Shown: positions 15,615-29,783 of the stretch, piece after piece | Layout of the letters: every line of letters begins with the position of its first letter | How positions within the stretch are numbered: the first letter of the stretch is position 1 | Origin: Dictyostelium discoideum | Taxonomy: Eukaryota | Length of the DNA stretch: 64,000 nucleotides | Direction: 5' to 3' | Assembly: GCA_000004695.1 (NCBI GenBank) | Contig: CM000154.2 | Span: forward strand, 4,384,001 to 4,448,000 | Program-made: the position numbers and the translations under genes | The notes under the pieces: generated by a model | The model's database searches: none | What the model saw: the letters and a program-made list of their open reading frames with translations, nothing else | Told to the model about the DNA's origin: nothing

Positions 15615-16064
15615 TACTATTTTATTATTATTATTATTATAATTATTATTATTATTATTATTATTAAAATTTAATTTAATTTAATTATATTTTTATATTT
15701 ATATTTATAATATTTTTTTGTATTTATTTATTTGCTTGTTATAAATAAATTTATTTGTTTATCTTTAAATATATGTTTATTTAATTTGTTGGTTTGGTTT
15801 TTTTTCTTCTTTTAAAAGTGTGTGAGAATTTGGGGGGGGGGGGGGGAGATTTTTCAACTTGGTTAAACAAACATTTAATGCTTGAAAAAAAAAAATGTAT
15901 TGTGTGTATTTCTTAGAGCGGTCACTTTTAAAATTGAATTTTAATAATTTTAAATTATTTTAGTAATGTTACGCTGGTGTGTGCTTGACTAAAAAGGTCG
16001 AATGAAATTTGGAAAAATAATTTCAAAAAAAAAAAAAATCAAAAAAAAAAATGAAAAATTATTT

Positions 16065-16106
<42 letters not shown>

Positions 16107-16213
16107 AAAATAAAAAAAAAAAATTTGGAAAGGGTATGACATAACGATGAGCTTTTTTATTCTTTTAGCACAAAACTGCTAATTTTTGATTAAAAAGCTC
16201 ATTGCGCAACCCA

Positions 16214-16267
<54 letters not shown>

Positions 16268-17241
16268 AACTAACAAATGAATAATTTAATTATTTGATTG
16301 GGAAAGTAAATTAATTATTTATTTATTTTTTTTTTTTTTTAAAAAAAACATATATCTAAAAATATAAAAAATTCTATCAGGATTGAAAAAAAAAAAAAAA
16401 AAAAAATTAAAAAAAAAAATAATAAAAATAATTACACAAATTCTTAAAAAAAAATATATATAATTATGTCTATTTTTTTTTTTTTTTTTATGGCAACATT
16501 AAAACAACAACTATTATAATAAAAGAATCTAAAAAAAGCATTAGTGGGAAACTAACAATAAATAAAAAAATTAAAGTGAACATGTTCTTGGAATTAAAAC
16601 CTCTATTTCCTTTTTAATATAAAAAGTTATTTTCAGTATCCCTTTTTTAAAAATACTTTCACCCATACTGTGTTTTTTTTTTTTTTCTTCATTATTCATT
16701 AAATTGATTATTATAATAATCATAGAATAATATTTATCATCTAAAAACAATCATAATAAAATTAATAATTAATAATAAAAAAAAAAAAGAAAAATTAAAT
16801 TAATTCAATATGATAAAAATAGATTTTACACACCCTCTCAACAAAAACAAATCTTAATTTGAAAAAAAAAAAAAAGAATTGATTGTTCTTTTTTTTTTTT
16901 TTTAAATTAAAAAAAAAAAACTTTTTTTAATTGTGTGTGTTTGTGTTTTTATTTTTATTTTTTTATTTTTTTTCATTTTTTTTATTATTTATTATTAATC
17001 ACAATATATCTAGAAATTAATTTGTTATTATTAGAGCGAAAAAAAATGTCCATAGACAATATATATATCTTTTTTTTTTTTTTATTATTTGAAAATCAGT
17101 TTTTATTTGTTGAAACTGTGTAATGTAAATGTGAGAGATATAGGGTTAAGTTTGATTATTGATTTTTCAAACACATTAATGGGGGAGGGAGTTGATTACA
17201 ATTTTTTTTTTTTTCCTTTCATAGTAAAAAAAAACTTTATA

Positions 17242-17275
<34 letters not shown>

Positions 17276-17494
17276 CCAAAACACTCCACCAAAAATACCA
17301 CTTGAGTGTCAACACCCAATTGTATTCATCTCATCAATAAATTAATAAATAAATAATAATAAAAAATAAAATTAGACATATTATAAAGAGGATACAAAAA
17401 CTTATTATTTTATACTATTATGTTAATAATTACACACTATATTCATTAAACTAAATTAAAATTACACATTTTTGAACAAGTGGGATTTGTTGTT

Positions 17495-17543
<49 letters not shown>

Positions 17544-19131
17544 CAGAATTATTTTTTGAAATAGGGTATCTATTTATACAACATCAACATAATGGGAGCG
17601 AGAAAAAAAGAGAGAGAGATATTGATTTAATAATTATTAGAAGAAAAAAAAAAAAAAAAAACAAAAATGATGACTTCAAGTGGGGTATTTTTGTAGATAT
17701 GTGTGGTTGTTCTTTTTTTTTTTCTTTTCCTTTTTTTTTTTTTTATTTGTTTTTTTTTTTGATTTAATATGGTAAAACTCAACTCATTCATAATCATTAT
17801 TATTTTTATTATTTTTATTATTTTTTTATATTTTTTTTTTTTATATTTTTTTTTTTTTTGTGCAAGTGAGTTTGTGTTGTTTTAGTGTTTGTGTTCTTTT
17901 TTATTTATTATAACATCAAACACACTTTCAAATCCATCACTATTTTTATTATTTATTTAATAAAATAATTGATTATATACAAATATATAAAAATAAAAAA
18001 AAAAAATATTTATTTTTGGAAAAAAAAAAAAAGAAAAAAAAAATTATTTATAGAACCAATTTATTTTTTTTCATTTATCTTTTCAATTACAAATAATAAA
18101 AAACAAAGGAAAAAACCTTTTTTATAAAATAAATAAATAATTTGTTGTATTTTTATTATTATTATTTTAATTATTATTTCAATTATTTTTTTAATTATTT
18201 TTTTAATTTTTATTATTATTATTTTTATTATTTTTATTATTTTTATTATTATTGTTTTTTAATCCAATTTCCCATTTTGTATTTTTTTACGACATTGTAC
18301 AAATAGTTCACTCACTCAATCACACACATACACCCACAAAAAAAAAAAAACACACACAGATTTTCACTTTCATAAATAATTTTGACAAATAGAGTAACAA
18401 GTAAGCATAACTCACATTCACATTATCAATTTTGTTAAACTTCTCATTTTTACACTATATCCTACAAAATAATCGTTATATCATATTTTTACACAATTCA
18501 CTTTAATTTTTAAACAACCACTAAAAATTTCTTTGTACTACCACAATTAATTTATCAACTTTATTTAATATATTTTATTAATTTTTTTTTTTTATTATTA
18601 TTATTTTATTTTTTTTATTTTTTTTATTTTTTTTTTTTATTACACATGTATTGAAAGGATTTATCTTCTTTTTATTTTTATAATAATTGAACAACAACAA
18701 AAACATCAAAAACATCAAAAACATAAACCCCATTTCCCACAATAAAAAATTTAAACACTCTTTTAAGAAGCCCCTTTTAAAATTTTAATTTGATTTTTAT
18801 AAATCTACATTCCCAAAAGTTTCTTTTATTTTTTTTATTTTTTTTATTTTATATTTATCATTTTTATAAAATTTCTTTTTTTGTCCATTTTTTTCCTATT
18901 TTAATATTTTTCAAATTAAAAACAATCATTTTTAATTATTTTAAATTAAAATAATTTTTTTAATTAAAAATTAAATAATTAAAATAAAAAAAAAAATAAA
19001 AAAAAAAAATTGATATAGTTTTTTTTTTTTTTTTTTTTTTTTCTTCTTTGGCCTTTCATAGTTAAATTTTTATATTACATAGAAAAAATACAACTATTAT
19101 TACTATAATCCTTATTGTTATAATAATAAAA

Positions 19132-19174
<43 letters not shown>

Positions 19175-19177
<3 letters not shown>

Positions 19178-20149
19178 TCTCAATTATTTTATTCAAAAAA
19201 TTTATTAAATAACAATAATAATATTAGTAATAATATTAGTAATAATAATACAAATAATAATAATAATAATAATAATATCAGTCCAGTCGATTTCTCATCT
19301 AATAATGATAGACCACATTTACCATCAATAACATATAATGATAATTTAAATAATAGTAATAATAATATAAATAATAATAACAATAATAACAATAATAATA
19401 GCCCTTCAATAAATGGAATACCATTTAATATTAGTTCACCAAAAATATCATCATCTTCATCAACATCTTCATCAACTTCTCCATTGCCATCACCATCATC
19501 ATTTTTTAAATATAAAAATTTTAATCAAGAAGAGTCAACAATTACTGTGCCTCCTCTTTTAGCACCACTACAATTTACAAATGATATTAAAAGAACATTA
19601 TCACCACCAAATTTTCCATATTATAATTCATTTTCATCACCATGTCCATCACCAAACCATTTTTCAGTTTCACCAAGAAATTACTCTTCACCAAGTTATC
19701 CAAGCTCACCATTAAGCTCTCCAAAATTAAATAACAACCTTTCAAATTTATGTCTTAACAACAACAATAACAATAACAACAATAACAACAACAACAATAA
19801 TAATAATAACAATAATTATAATAATAATAAAAATAATAGCATTTATAATAAAAATGAATTTTTAAATTTAAGTAGTGAATCATTATTTTCATCATCCTCT
19901 TCTTCAAATTCTTTACTATCTTCCCCATATATTAGATCAGCTTCTTCAAATTCTTCACCTCCATTATGTTCTTCACCCCCATTATGTTCTTCGCCACCAA
20001 GATTAAATTACACTGACTGCGATAGTAGAGTTAATTATTTTATTGAGGAAGAATATATAAATATTAATAATTATAATAATAATAATTATAATAATAATAA
20101 TTATAATAATAATAATAACAATAATAATAATAACAATAATAATAATAAC

Positions 20150-20203
<54 letters not shown>

Positions 20204-20402
20204 TTGTATAATAATTTTTGTAATAATAATAATAATTTAAATAATAATAATAATAATAAAAATAATAATAATTTTACTAATAATATTAATAATAATAATA
20301 TTATAAATAATAGCAATGGTAACAATCTAAATAGTGGCTGTTCTTACTCTCGTAAAAATTATAATAAACAAAATAGAAGCAATAATAAAAATAAAAATAA
20401 TC

Positions 20403-20435
<33 letters not shown>

Positions 20436-20998
20436 TTAATAATAATAATAATAAAAGGGTTCAAAAATCACCAACTTTAATTAGTCAACAATCATTAATT
20501 CCATTGATTTCCAATGGAGATGATAGCTTCACAACTGCAACAGCAGAAGAAGCAGCAGAAGCTAGAACCATGACAACAACTACAACAACAACAACAACAC
20601 CAATATTATTACCACAACCAATTTCATCTTCTTTGTCATTGTTTCAAGAGATTAAACCAAGATACCAATGTGAACATACCAATTGTTTTAAAACCTTTTC
20701 ATCGCCACAATCAAGATCAAATCATTACACTCTAAAACATGATAGTAAATGTCAAGATCCAACAACTTGTCCACAATGTATAAGAAATCAAAAAATTCAA
20801 AATTCACCAAAATCAAAATGCAGACACTTTGGTTGTGGTAAAATTTGTTCATCAGCAAATCTCGCCAAACATGAGAAAACGTCGCATCATAAAACAAATA
20901 CCTTGGAGAAATTCTCATGTACAAAATGTGATGATTTATCAAATATCTCTTGTAAAAACTCCTTACCACCTTGCTCAACAATTATTGAAAAAAAATAA
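19175..20998 (+). CDS. Asn/Ser-rich protein with two C-terminal C2H2-type zinc fingers; putative transcription factor. Single exon.
   Basis: True ATG at 19175 after an A-tract. The ORF is 607 aa, mostly poly-N/S low complexity. The C-terminus carries CEHTNCFKTFSSPQSRSNHYTLKH (C-x4-C-x12-H-x4-H) and CRHFGCGKICSSANLAKHEKTSHH (C-x4-C-x8-H-x5-H). Confidence 0.55.
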
Positions 20999-21149
20999 AT
21001 AAAAAAAAAGAAAATCAACCTCTTTCCCAAACCTTTGTAACAACAACCAGTGCACATTTAAAAATGTAAATAGTTTACAATCATGTATCTAATTAGAATA
21101 ATTAATTATAAAAAATAAAAAAAAATAAAAAAATAAAAAAATAAAAAAA

Positions 21150-21333
<184 letters not shown>

Positions 21334-21473
21334 TAATAGTAATATTTTAATTAAAAGTTTTGGTATTATAAAAAATTGTAAATTAAAATAAATGTTAGAA
21401 AAAAAAAAAAAAACAAATAAAAAAAATAGTGAAAAATGATTAGAAAAATTTAAAATTAATGAATTTTTTTTTT

Positions 21474-21540
21474 TTAAATTTCGGTGGTCACTTTATTTTA
21501 TTTTTTTTAAATTTCGGTGTTCAATTTATTTTTTTTTTTG
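21474..21540 (+). promoter_or_regulatory. Tandem direct repeat of about 30 bp in the 5' flank of the Tgr-like gene.
   Basis: The units taaatttcggtggtcactttattttatttttt and taaatttcggtgttcaatttatttttttttt sit back to back, about 140-200 bp upstream of the ATG at 21679. They are the only complex sequence in an otherwise A/T homopolymer flank. Confidence 0.2.
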
Positions 21541-21678
21541 GCAATTATTATAAATTTTAAACCTGGTTTTTTTTTTTGTTTTGTGTTTTTTAAAAAAAAT
21601 ATGCAATGAAATTCAAAAAAAAAAAAAAAAAAAATTAAAAACGAAAAATAAAAAATCAAAAAAAAAAAAAAACAAAAC

Positions 21679-22043
21679 ATGTATGGAAATAGAATATTAT
21701 TTTTCCTTATTTTATTTTCTCTTTTATGTCTTGTTAATGGTCAATTTCAATTGACAGATTTATCAAGTAATACAGATAAAATAAAATATTTAGAATCAGA
21801 TGGCTCAACATGTAATTTTAAAATTCCAATTTTAGCCAATGGTTCAGGAACTTTGAATTTTTTAAGTGAAAATACTATTCCTGCACAATGGTTTCCATAT
21901 TCATATTCATCAGGTTCTAATACTCTATTTCTAATAGAGTTTAGTTCAATAAAAAAGGGAGAAAAAGAGTTTACTATTTCAGCAGATAGTGCTCCTTCAA
22001 TTAAAATAACTTTATCATGTTTGTGTAAGCATTACTATTTTAT

Positions 22044-22091
<48 letters not shown>

Positions 22092-25000
22092 ATTAATTGA
22101 TATTTACATATTAATTTTGGTGGTGAAATTACATTTAGATCAGTATCAAGTAATCAAAGACCTATTTATTCATTATCAACATCATTCAATAATATTCAAA
22201 TTTATGTATCACCAAGACCAATCTCTGGTAATGCAAATAATATTACCTACATAGTTTATTGCCCTCGTTTTGAAAAAAGTGGAAAACAAGTATATAATTT
22301 AAACTCATTTTTACCATTTGGTAATGCTACTATATCAACAATAAGTATAGTATAGATATCCAATTATATATATTTTTAAGTATAAATACTAACAAAAAAA
22401 AAAAAAAAAAATTAATAGGTAAATTTTATAATACTCTAAGTATTTTTAATAATAATTCAGCAAATATAATTTCAAATAATCAAATAGGTGAAGCATCATT
22501 TGATCTTTCATTTGAAAATTTAAAAGGTTACGATTTTAAAACATATCAATACCAATTTAAATCAGGATCATCTATATATTCAGCATTTCCATTTGGATTT
22601 AAGAGTGGAAATAATTCAAAATTTAATTATTTAGCATCGTTTTTAACATCTAATCAGTCAAGTAATCCCACTTCGGAATTAAAAGTTGATGAAATTACAT
22701 TTCAAGTAACTCCTAATCAATTGGTTCTCACAACAGATGATACTCTCCGTATTGAAGATTTAAGATTTTTAGAAGCCACCAATTTTAAATTTGTAATTAG
22801 AATTATAGCTGGTAGTAAATATTTAGTAAAATACTTTATTATACCATTAAAAAATGGTTTAAATATAAAGATTGACAATAGTAATGTTATTTCTCAAAAT
22901 TTATTACTTGGAATTTGGGAATATATTTTCGATGCTTTTTCATATGGAACTGATTTTGAAGGTAATATTATTATCTATAATTTCAATGATCAACAAAAAT
23001 CATATTCATTAGGATATCCATATGATGCAAAAAAACCTAACAATATTTTATCATTACCAAAAACTGATCTATCAAGTAAGTATACTTTATTAATTTTATA
23101 AAATTATTATTAAAAAAAATTTAATTCTAATTAAAAAATTTATTATTATAATTAAAAGATTGTAATTATTTACAAGATATTAAAAATATTTCATTTTTAA
23201 ATAATAATATTGATTTAACTAATCAAAATGTTGATAATATGATATATTTTTCATTTGGAAATAATAATAATAATTATATTACAAAATCAATTGGATTTTC
23301 ATTAACTGACCCAAAATCATTAAGAGATCAAGGTTTTAATGGTGATATTTCAAAGTATTACAATACAAAATTAACATTTGCAAAATTTGATTCAATTAAT
23401 AATAGATTTAGTGCACCATTTAAAATGCCAGCCAATATAGTACCAGGTCAGTTGGATTATACTATAATATTTGATAGAGATAATATTATTCCAAGTGTAG
23501 CATTACCAATGGAGTATCAATTAAATGTTACAAGTTCAAATGTTGATATTCAAGGACCAATGATAACAAATATAATTTATAATTATAATTCAATTTCTTT
23601 TGGTTGGACAATTACAATTGAAGACTCAATAAATGGTTTTGATAGTGGTTATATTCTAATTAGAGGTGTAATTGATAATTCATTATACAATATTTCATTC
23701 TCAAATAGGGATGGTAAAAATGGTAATAATAAATTTAAAAACAATTATGATATTCTAATAGAATTAGATAAAACTCATAAGTGTACATCACAAAATTATT
23801 CAATCAATTATGTTTATTTAGTTGACACATTTGGTAATGAAGCAACATTTTATAAACATGCAACTGATATACAATTAAATAAAATGGTTTATAATTCGGA
23901 TTCAACTGGTAATCCATTAATAAATTTTATAAATCAACAAAATTTATTTAGTATTTTATCACCAGATTATTGCAACTCTCCTCAAGTTGATTCAACAATT
24001 ACTTTACTTAGTTTTAATACAACCACTACTGAAATAGATGCTGGTTCAATTAATAGATCTGTAACATTTGATTTTGAAGTACAAGATTCTGTTTGGGGTT
24101 TAAAAAAAGATCAATATCCAATGGTTTATTTAATTTCTCAAGATTTTAAATCGGTTCAATGTGTCTCTAAAATTGTATCTTTAAATGATTTTAAAGGTGT
24201 TTATCAATGTACTTTTGATCAATTACCACTAGGTTTTGGCTTTCCAAATGGTTTGAGTATATCAGTTTATGGTTTCATTAATAATGGTGGTCAATTTTAT
24301 GGTTTCTCATCATCAATGTTAAAGAGTTTAGGTTTTAAAAATTTTATAAGTGTTTTACACTATAATCCAAATTTAATATTCATTACTGGTACAAGTGAGG
24401 TAACTGAATTAGATAGTGAATTCTTAATTTATGGAACTGCACTCACAAATGTTATTACAGCTAGAATAACTCTTTCAAATGGTACTCTTATAGAATGCCC
24501 TTGTAAAAGTACTTTTAATAGTATTCTCAAAGTTTTATTTTTCCCAATTGGTATTAAAGATCCTTTTACAATTACACTAAATGGAGTTTTAAATGATTAT
24601 TCAAATGTTTACCCGGTTACACCAATTCAATATAATTTCAAATATGAACCAATAATAACTGAAACTCCAATAGTTACATACCCACCTCAAAAATGTAAAG
24701 GCTCACCAGAATGTGGTGGTACATCCAATGGTTATTGTTCCAATTCAGGTTGTATTTGTTATTCACCATGGTTTGGAATTGATTGTACATCTCAAATTAT
24801 AACAGTAGCTCCACCATTGATTGATACTGATAAACCAATAACATCAATTGATGTACCAAAAGATTCAAATGGTAATAATATAAAATCAATTATATCAATT
24901 GTTGCATTAAGAGAAATTAATTCAGTAACAAATGAACAAATTAAAATTCACTATTTTGAAAAATGGATTTATAAAAATATCTCCTCAACGATTTCACAAT

Positions 25001-25722
25001 ATACAAGTAATATTACAAATGGTGATGGTGATGATGGTAAGCCAATAACCACTACAACCATCACAGCAACTTTAGAATGGTTTTCAGAGAGTAGAAATAT
25101 TTCTTTCGCAAATCAACAATTAATTATGAATCCATCAAGTATGAAATATACCATAGAACTTTCATCATATGCTTTTTCAAATTCATTATCAAATTTACAA
25201 GTGGTAATGTCTGCTCAAATTCAATCAAACCAAAAAAATATTTGTTCAGATAAAGATTTTGGAAATACTACAATGGAAAATTCAAACTATATAAAATTAC
25301 AAGTCGCATCTAATAGTTTCTATGGAAGATATATTAAACGTGGTATTGTTGATGGTAAATTCATTACGGTTGAAAATGAAATTTTAGATTCAAAATTTAA
25401 TGCAATTCAAAGTGAAAATACTGCTCAAACTTTTATTGGTATTTTAATTGGAAGATATGTAAATTATGCTATTATAGATCCAGACTTTTCAATATTAATT
25501 GAATCAAACTCTGCCAATTCCAATTCTCCAAATTCAATTTGTTCAGCATCAAATTCAACAAAAGTTTCAACTGGACAACTTATTGGTATAATCATTGGTT
25601 CTTTTATTGCTTTCTTATCATTGTTAATAATTGTTTTATTCCTTATGTATAAATCTCCTCATTGTTTATTTTTTAAAATTTTTATTTATAAAATTACTAA
25701 AAAGTCAAAAATAAATAAATAA
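21679..25722 (+). CDS. Type I transmembrane glycoprotein with IPT/TIG-like and EGF-like extracellular domains (Tgr-like architecture). Exons are 21679..22024, 22144..22344, 22419..23075 and 23159..25722.
   Basis: ATG at 21679 with a signal peptide MYGNRILFFLILFSLLCLVNG. Exon 1 to 2 uses donor T|GTAAGC at 22025 and acceptor atcAG at 22143; the alternative, donor GT at 22023 with acceptor tttAG at 22138, adds 2 aa. Exon 2 to 3 uses donor A|GTATAG at 22345 and acceptor attaatAG at 22418, with a tactaac-like branch point. Exon 3 to 4 uses donor A|GTAAGT at 23076 and acceptor aaaAG at 23158. All three junctions are phase 1 and frame-consistent. The last exon has an IPT/TIG-like segment (PNLIFITGTSEV..LIYGTAL.NVITARITLSNGTLIECPC.....L.V.F.PIG......ITLNG) and an EGF-like module (CKGSPECGGTSNGYCSNSGCICYSPWFGIDCTS). 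There are many N-x-S/T sites, a TM helix LIGIIIGSFIAFLSLLIIVLFLMY, and a short basic tail. Confidence 0.65.
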
Positions 25723-26175
25723 AATTTGTTTAGATATAAATATATTAATATTTTTGTTTATGTAAAAAAAAAAAAAAAAAAAAAGAATATGTTATTTATT
25801 TTTTTTTTTTGAAATTCAAGTTAAGGTTTTATTATTCTGTTTGTTTTGTTCTACTAAAATAATCAAAACTATTAGATGATATATTTTAGTAAATTTTTAA
25901 TTCTAATCTGTTGGTTTTGTTTTTTTTTTTTGTTTGCCAGTAGGGCTTATAATTTTTTTTTTTTTTTTTTTTTTTTTAAAGATTTTAATTATTAATTATT
26001 ACGAGTCTGTTTTTATGGAATTTATCGCGATTTGAATAATTTGTTCTGTTTATTTGTTCTGTTCATTGTTTCTGTTATTTTCTTCTGTTGTTTTTTTTAA
26101 CTTTTTCTTTTTTTCTTTTTTTTTTTTTCTTTTTTTATATATATATGATTCGGTTGGGTATTATTTGATTTCAAG

Positions 26176-26335
<160 letters not shown>

Positions 26336-26370
26336 CTTTCTTTCTTTTTTTCTTTTTTTTTTTTTTTTTT

Positions 26371-28340
26371 TTATACAATAATACGAAGATTTGTATTAAG
26401 ATTATTATTTCTATTATTAGAACCACGATTACGACCTCTAGTTACATATAAGACTGATACAATAGTTGTTGAGGTTGGAGGGTAAAAATAAGAATCTAAA
26501 TTAACCAAATAACTACGAAGCAATAACTCTTTCATGAACTGTACACCTTGAGTATTGATATTGTTATGGTTTAATTGTATTGAAGCCAATGATTGATTGT
26601 ACCATAGAGCTTCACATAAGGCTTTAGCACCATCATTTGTGATACCATTACCAGAAAGGTTTAATTCAGTGATTGATTGATTTTGTTTTAATGAATCACT
26701 TAGAGCTCTACAACCTTCATCACCAATTTCATTTCCACGTAATTGAAGATCGGTGATTGTTGAATTTTGACGTAATGCTTCACCCAAACGTTTTGCACCA
26801 ATTGGACCCAATCCATTGGTACACATTGAAAGTTTTGAGATTTTCTTATTCATTGCTAAACCCTCAGCTATATGAATTGCACCAAGGTGACCAATTTCAG
26901 GATTGATTGAGAGATCTAGTATCTCTAAAGATCTATTTGTTTTCAAAGCATTACCAAGTGAAGTGGCACCGCTTGCACCAATATTATTGAAAGCCAATGA
27001 TAAATTAATGATTGAATGATTTTGAGCTAGAGCATCCCCCAATTGAACGGCACCTTTATCACCGATTGAATCACCGGTCAAATCGAGATAGGTTATAGAT
27101 TGACACATGGATAAAGCGGCAGCCAATGGTTTTAAACCTTTGTAATTGAATTCGTTTCTTGACATATCGAGATAGGCAATCGTTTGACTGGCTTGAATAC
27201 CTTCGGAGATATATTTCATACTTTCGGGTGATAGTTTAGTATCACATAAATTTACAGAAGCAAGACAAGGATGTTTTCTAATGGCTTCACCAACGTATTT
27301 CGAACTCTTTTCATTGAGATCATTCTTTGAAAAGTCAACCTCTGTTAGTGAACTATTCTTACCAATGGATTCCACGATGAAATCGATACCTTTGGCGCCG
27401 AATCTATTTTTAGAGAGATTAATGGTTTGTAGGATCGTAGTGGATTGAAGTGCTTGACCCAATGCTTTTGAGCCTTTGAGACCAATACAATTTTGTGAAA
27501 GATCCAAATTGATTAGGGTGGTATTTACCAATATCGCTTTGGAGATCTCTTCGGCACCCTCATTACCAATGGAATTAAAACTCAAATTCAAATGAGTGAT
27601 GGTTTTATTTGCCAACAAACATTCACCAATACAATGTGCTGCTTTATTTCCAATACCATTTTGTGAGAGTTCCAATGTCGTGATTGTGGTATTTTTGGTT
27701 AATAACATCCTAACAAAACTTGATACATCGAAAAGGGTAGGTGTTGATACCTTTAGTTGAAGGTTTATTAAATTTGGATATACATTATTTGAAAGATTAC
27801 GAAATAAATTGGTAATACTACGATCTGGTGGTAATTGATAGGTATAATTAACTAATCTTCCAACTGATATCTTTCTCCATTTACTACATACACTACATAT
27901 GTTTGTAAAATTTTGTGAATTTGGTTCATCTTTATGTGCTTTACCCAAAATATTGGAAATAATAATATCTGCTAATGATCCAATAAATGGTGGTCTTTCT
28001 CCTGGTTTTAATAATATTTCTGGTGTTTCATATGTTATATTATTTGGTGCTGATTGATTATTATTATTATTATTATTATTAGGCGGAGTGGTTGATGATG
28101 TAACCCGTGGTGATTGGTTTGATGCACTACTTCCACTTCCTGCCATTAAATTACTTGATGATGATGATGTCGACTCCTCAATCGAATCTGAATTTGTTAA
28201 ATTTGTTATTGAATTATCGTTTTTATTAAAATTATTGTTATTATGGTGACTTATTTGTGGCGATGATGTTGGTTCTTGTTGATTACCATTCCCTTGGTTA
28301 TTATTGTGGTTATTATAATTATTGCTATTATTATTATTAC

Positions 28341-28380
<40 letters not shown>

Positions 28381-28806
28381 GTTATTATTACTATTATTAT
28401 TTGATTGGAAATGATAATTTTGTAAATGTTGATGAATATGGTGTTGTTGCATATGATTTATTGGGTGATTATTGTTATTACTATTATTATTATTACTATT
28501 ATTAATATTATTATTATTACTATTATTATTACTATTATTATTGTTGTTATTATTACTATTATTATTATTATTATTATTGTTATTATTGTTATTATTATTA
28601 CTATTACTATTACTATTACTATTACTATTACTATTACTATTACTATTACTATTATTATTATTATTATTATTATTATTTTTATCCAAACCAGGTTGGTGAT
28701 ATGATGCTTGATCTGAAATATCTATATCCTCTTTTTTTATTTGCGTCTCTAAATTGTTTGATTGATCTTGTCCTGATATAAAATAAAATTGATGATCAAC
28801 ATTCAT
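26371..28806 (-). CDS. F-box/LRR-repeat protein (RNI-like leucine-rich repeats) with an Asn/Gln/His-rich N-terminal region. Single ORF.
   Basis: ATG at 28806. Low-complexity poly-N/S/Q N-terminus. An F-box-like motif follows: GSLADIIISNILGK...FTNICSVCSKWRKI. Then come about 14 RNI-type LRRs (L.LS.N.IG..GA..L..AL..N.T), each roughly 28 residues. Confidence 0.7.
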
Positions 28807-29491
28807 TTGATTCTTTATTGTGTAATTAATATTGATGTTTAATATAGGTAGCGGCCATGCAAGGTGCCCAATTTTGTAGTTTTTATAAAAAATAAAAAAA
28901 AAAAAAACGATTAAAAAAAAAAGTTAACAAATTTTAAAAAAAAAAAAATAAAAATAAAAAAAAAATAAAAAAAATAAAAATGAAAAAGAGGTGTTAGTAA
29001 TGAGGCGAAATTTGAGTTTTTTTTTTTTTTTTTTATGGATTTGGGGGGATAAAAAAAAAAATTCTAAATAACTTACCTGGTGATTTTGCATGTGGATAAT
29101 ATATGATGTTTGGTCAGAAAAAAAAAAAAAAAAAAAAAAAAACAACCCTGAAGTTATGTGGTATTTTTTTTTAAGTTTTCTTTATTTTTTTTATTAATTA
29201 ATGAATTTATCTTCCGACTAAGTTTAAGCAATAATCTGTGAAAAAAAAAAAAAAAAAACTAACTTTTTATTTTTTTTTTTTTATTAAAATTTTGAAAAGA
29301 CTTTTTATTTTTAAAAAGTTTTTTTTTTTTGATTTTTTGATATTTTTTTTTTTCTTTTAGTAAACGATTGGTTTTATTTCTATGGTGAATTTTGTAGTAA
29401 AACACACTTACAATTTTTTTTTTTTTTTTTTTGATAATTTAGTTTATAATTAAATTTTTTTTTTTTTTTTATAAATAATTAATTAATCTAA

Positions 29492-29547
<56 letters not shown>

Positions 29548-29749
29548 AAATAAATAATTAATTAATAAATAAATAAATAAATTAATAAATAAAATATTAA
29601 TTAATTAATTAAATAGATTAATAAACAAAGTAAAGTTAAAAAAGTGGTTGGGTGTGATTTTTTATTTTTAAAAGATCTTATCAATGATAAGCCTTTGTTG
29701 TGTGTGTATGAAATTAATTGTTGAAATATGATTTTTTTTTTTTTGTTTT

Positions 29750-29783
<34 letters not shown>

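Noticed and set aside
25559-25722. Possible extra 3' intron in the gene at 21679..25722 (GT at about 25664, AG at about 25735) that would change the cytoplasmic tail.
   Set aside because: It has no canonical donor hexamer and no conserved sequence to anchor the phase. The simple ORF ending at 25722, a TM helix plus short basic tail, is kept as the more parsimonious reading.
28257-28704. Plus-strand ORFs of poly-Tyr, poly-Ile/Thr and poly-Leu (82, 92 and 75 aa).
   Set aside because: These are antisense translations of the AAT/AAC repeat that encodes the poly-Asn/Ser N-terminus of the minus-strand F-box/LRR gene.
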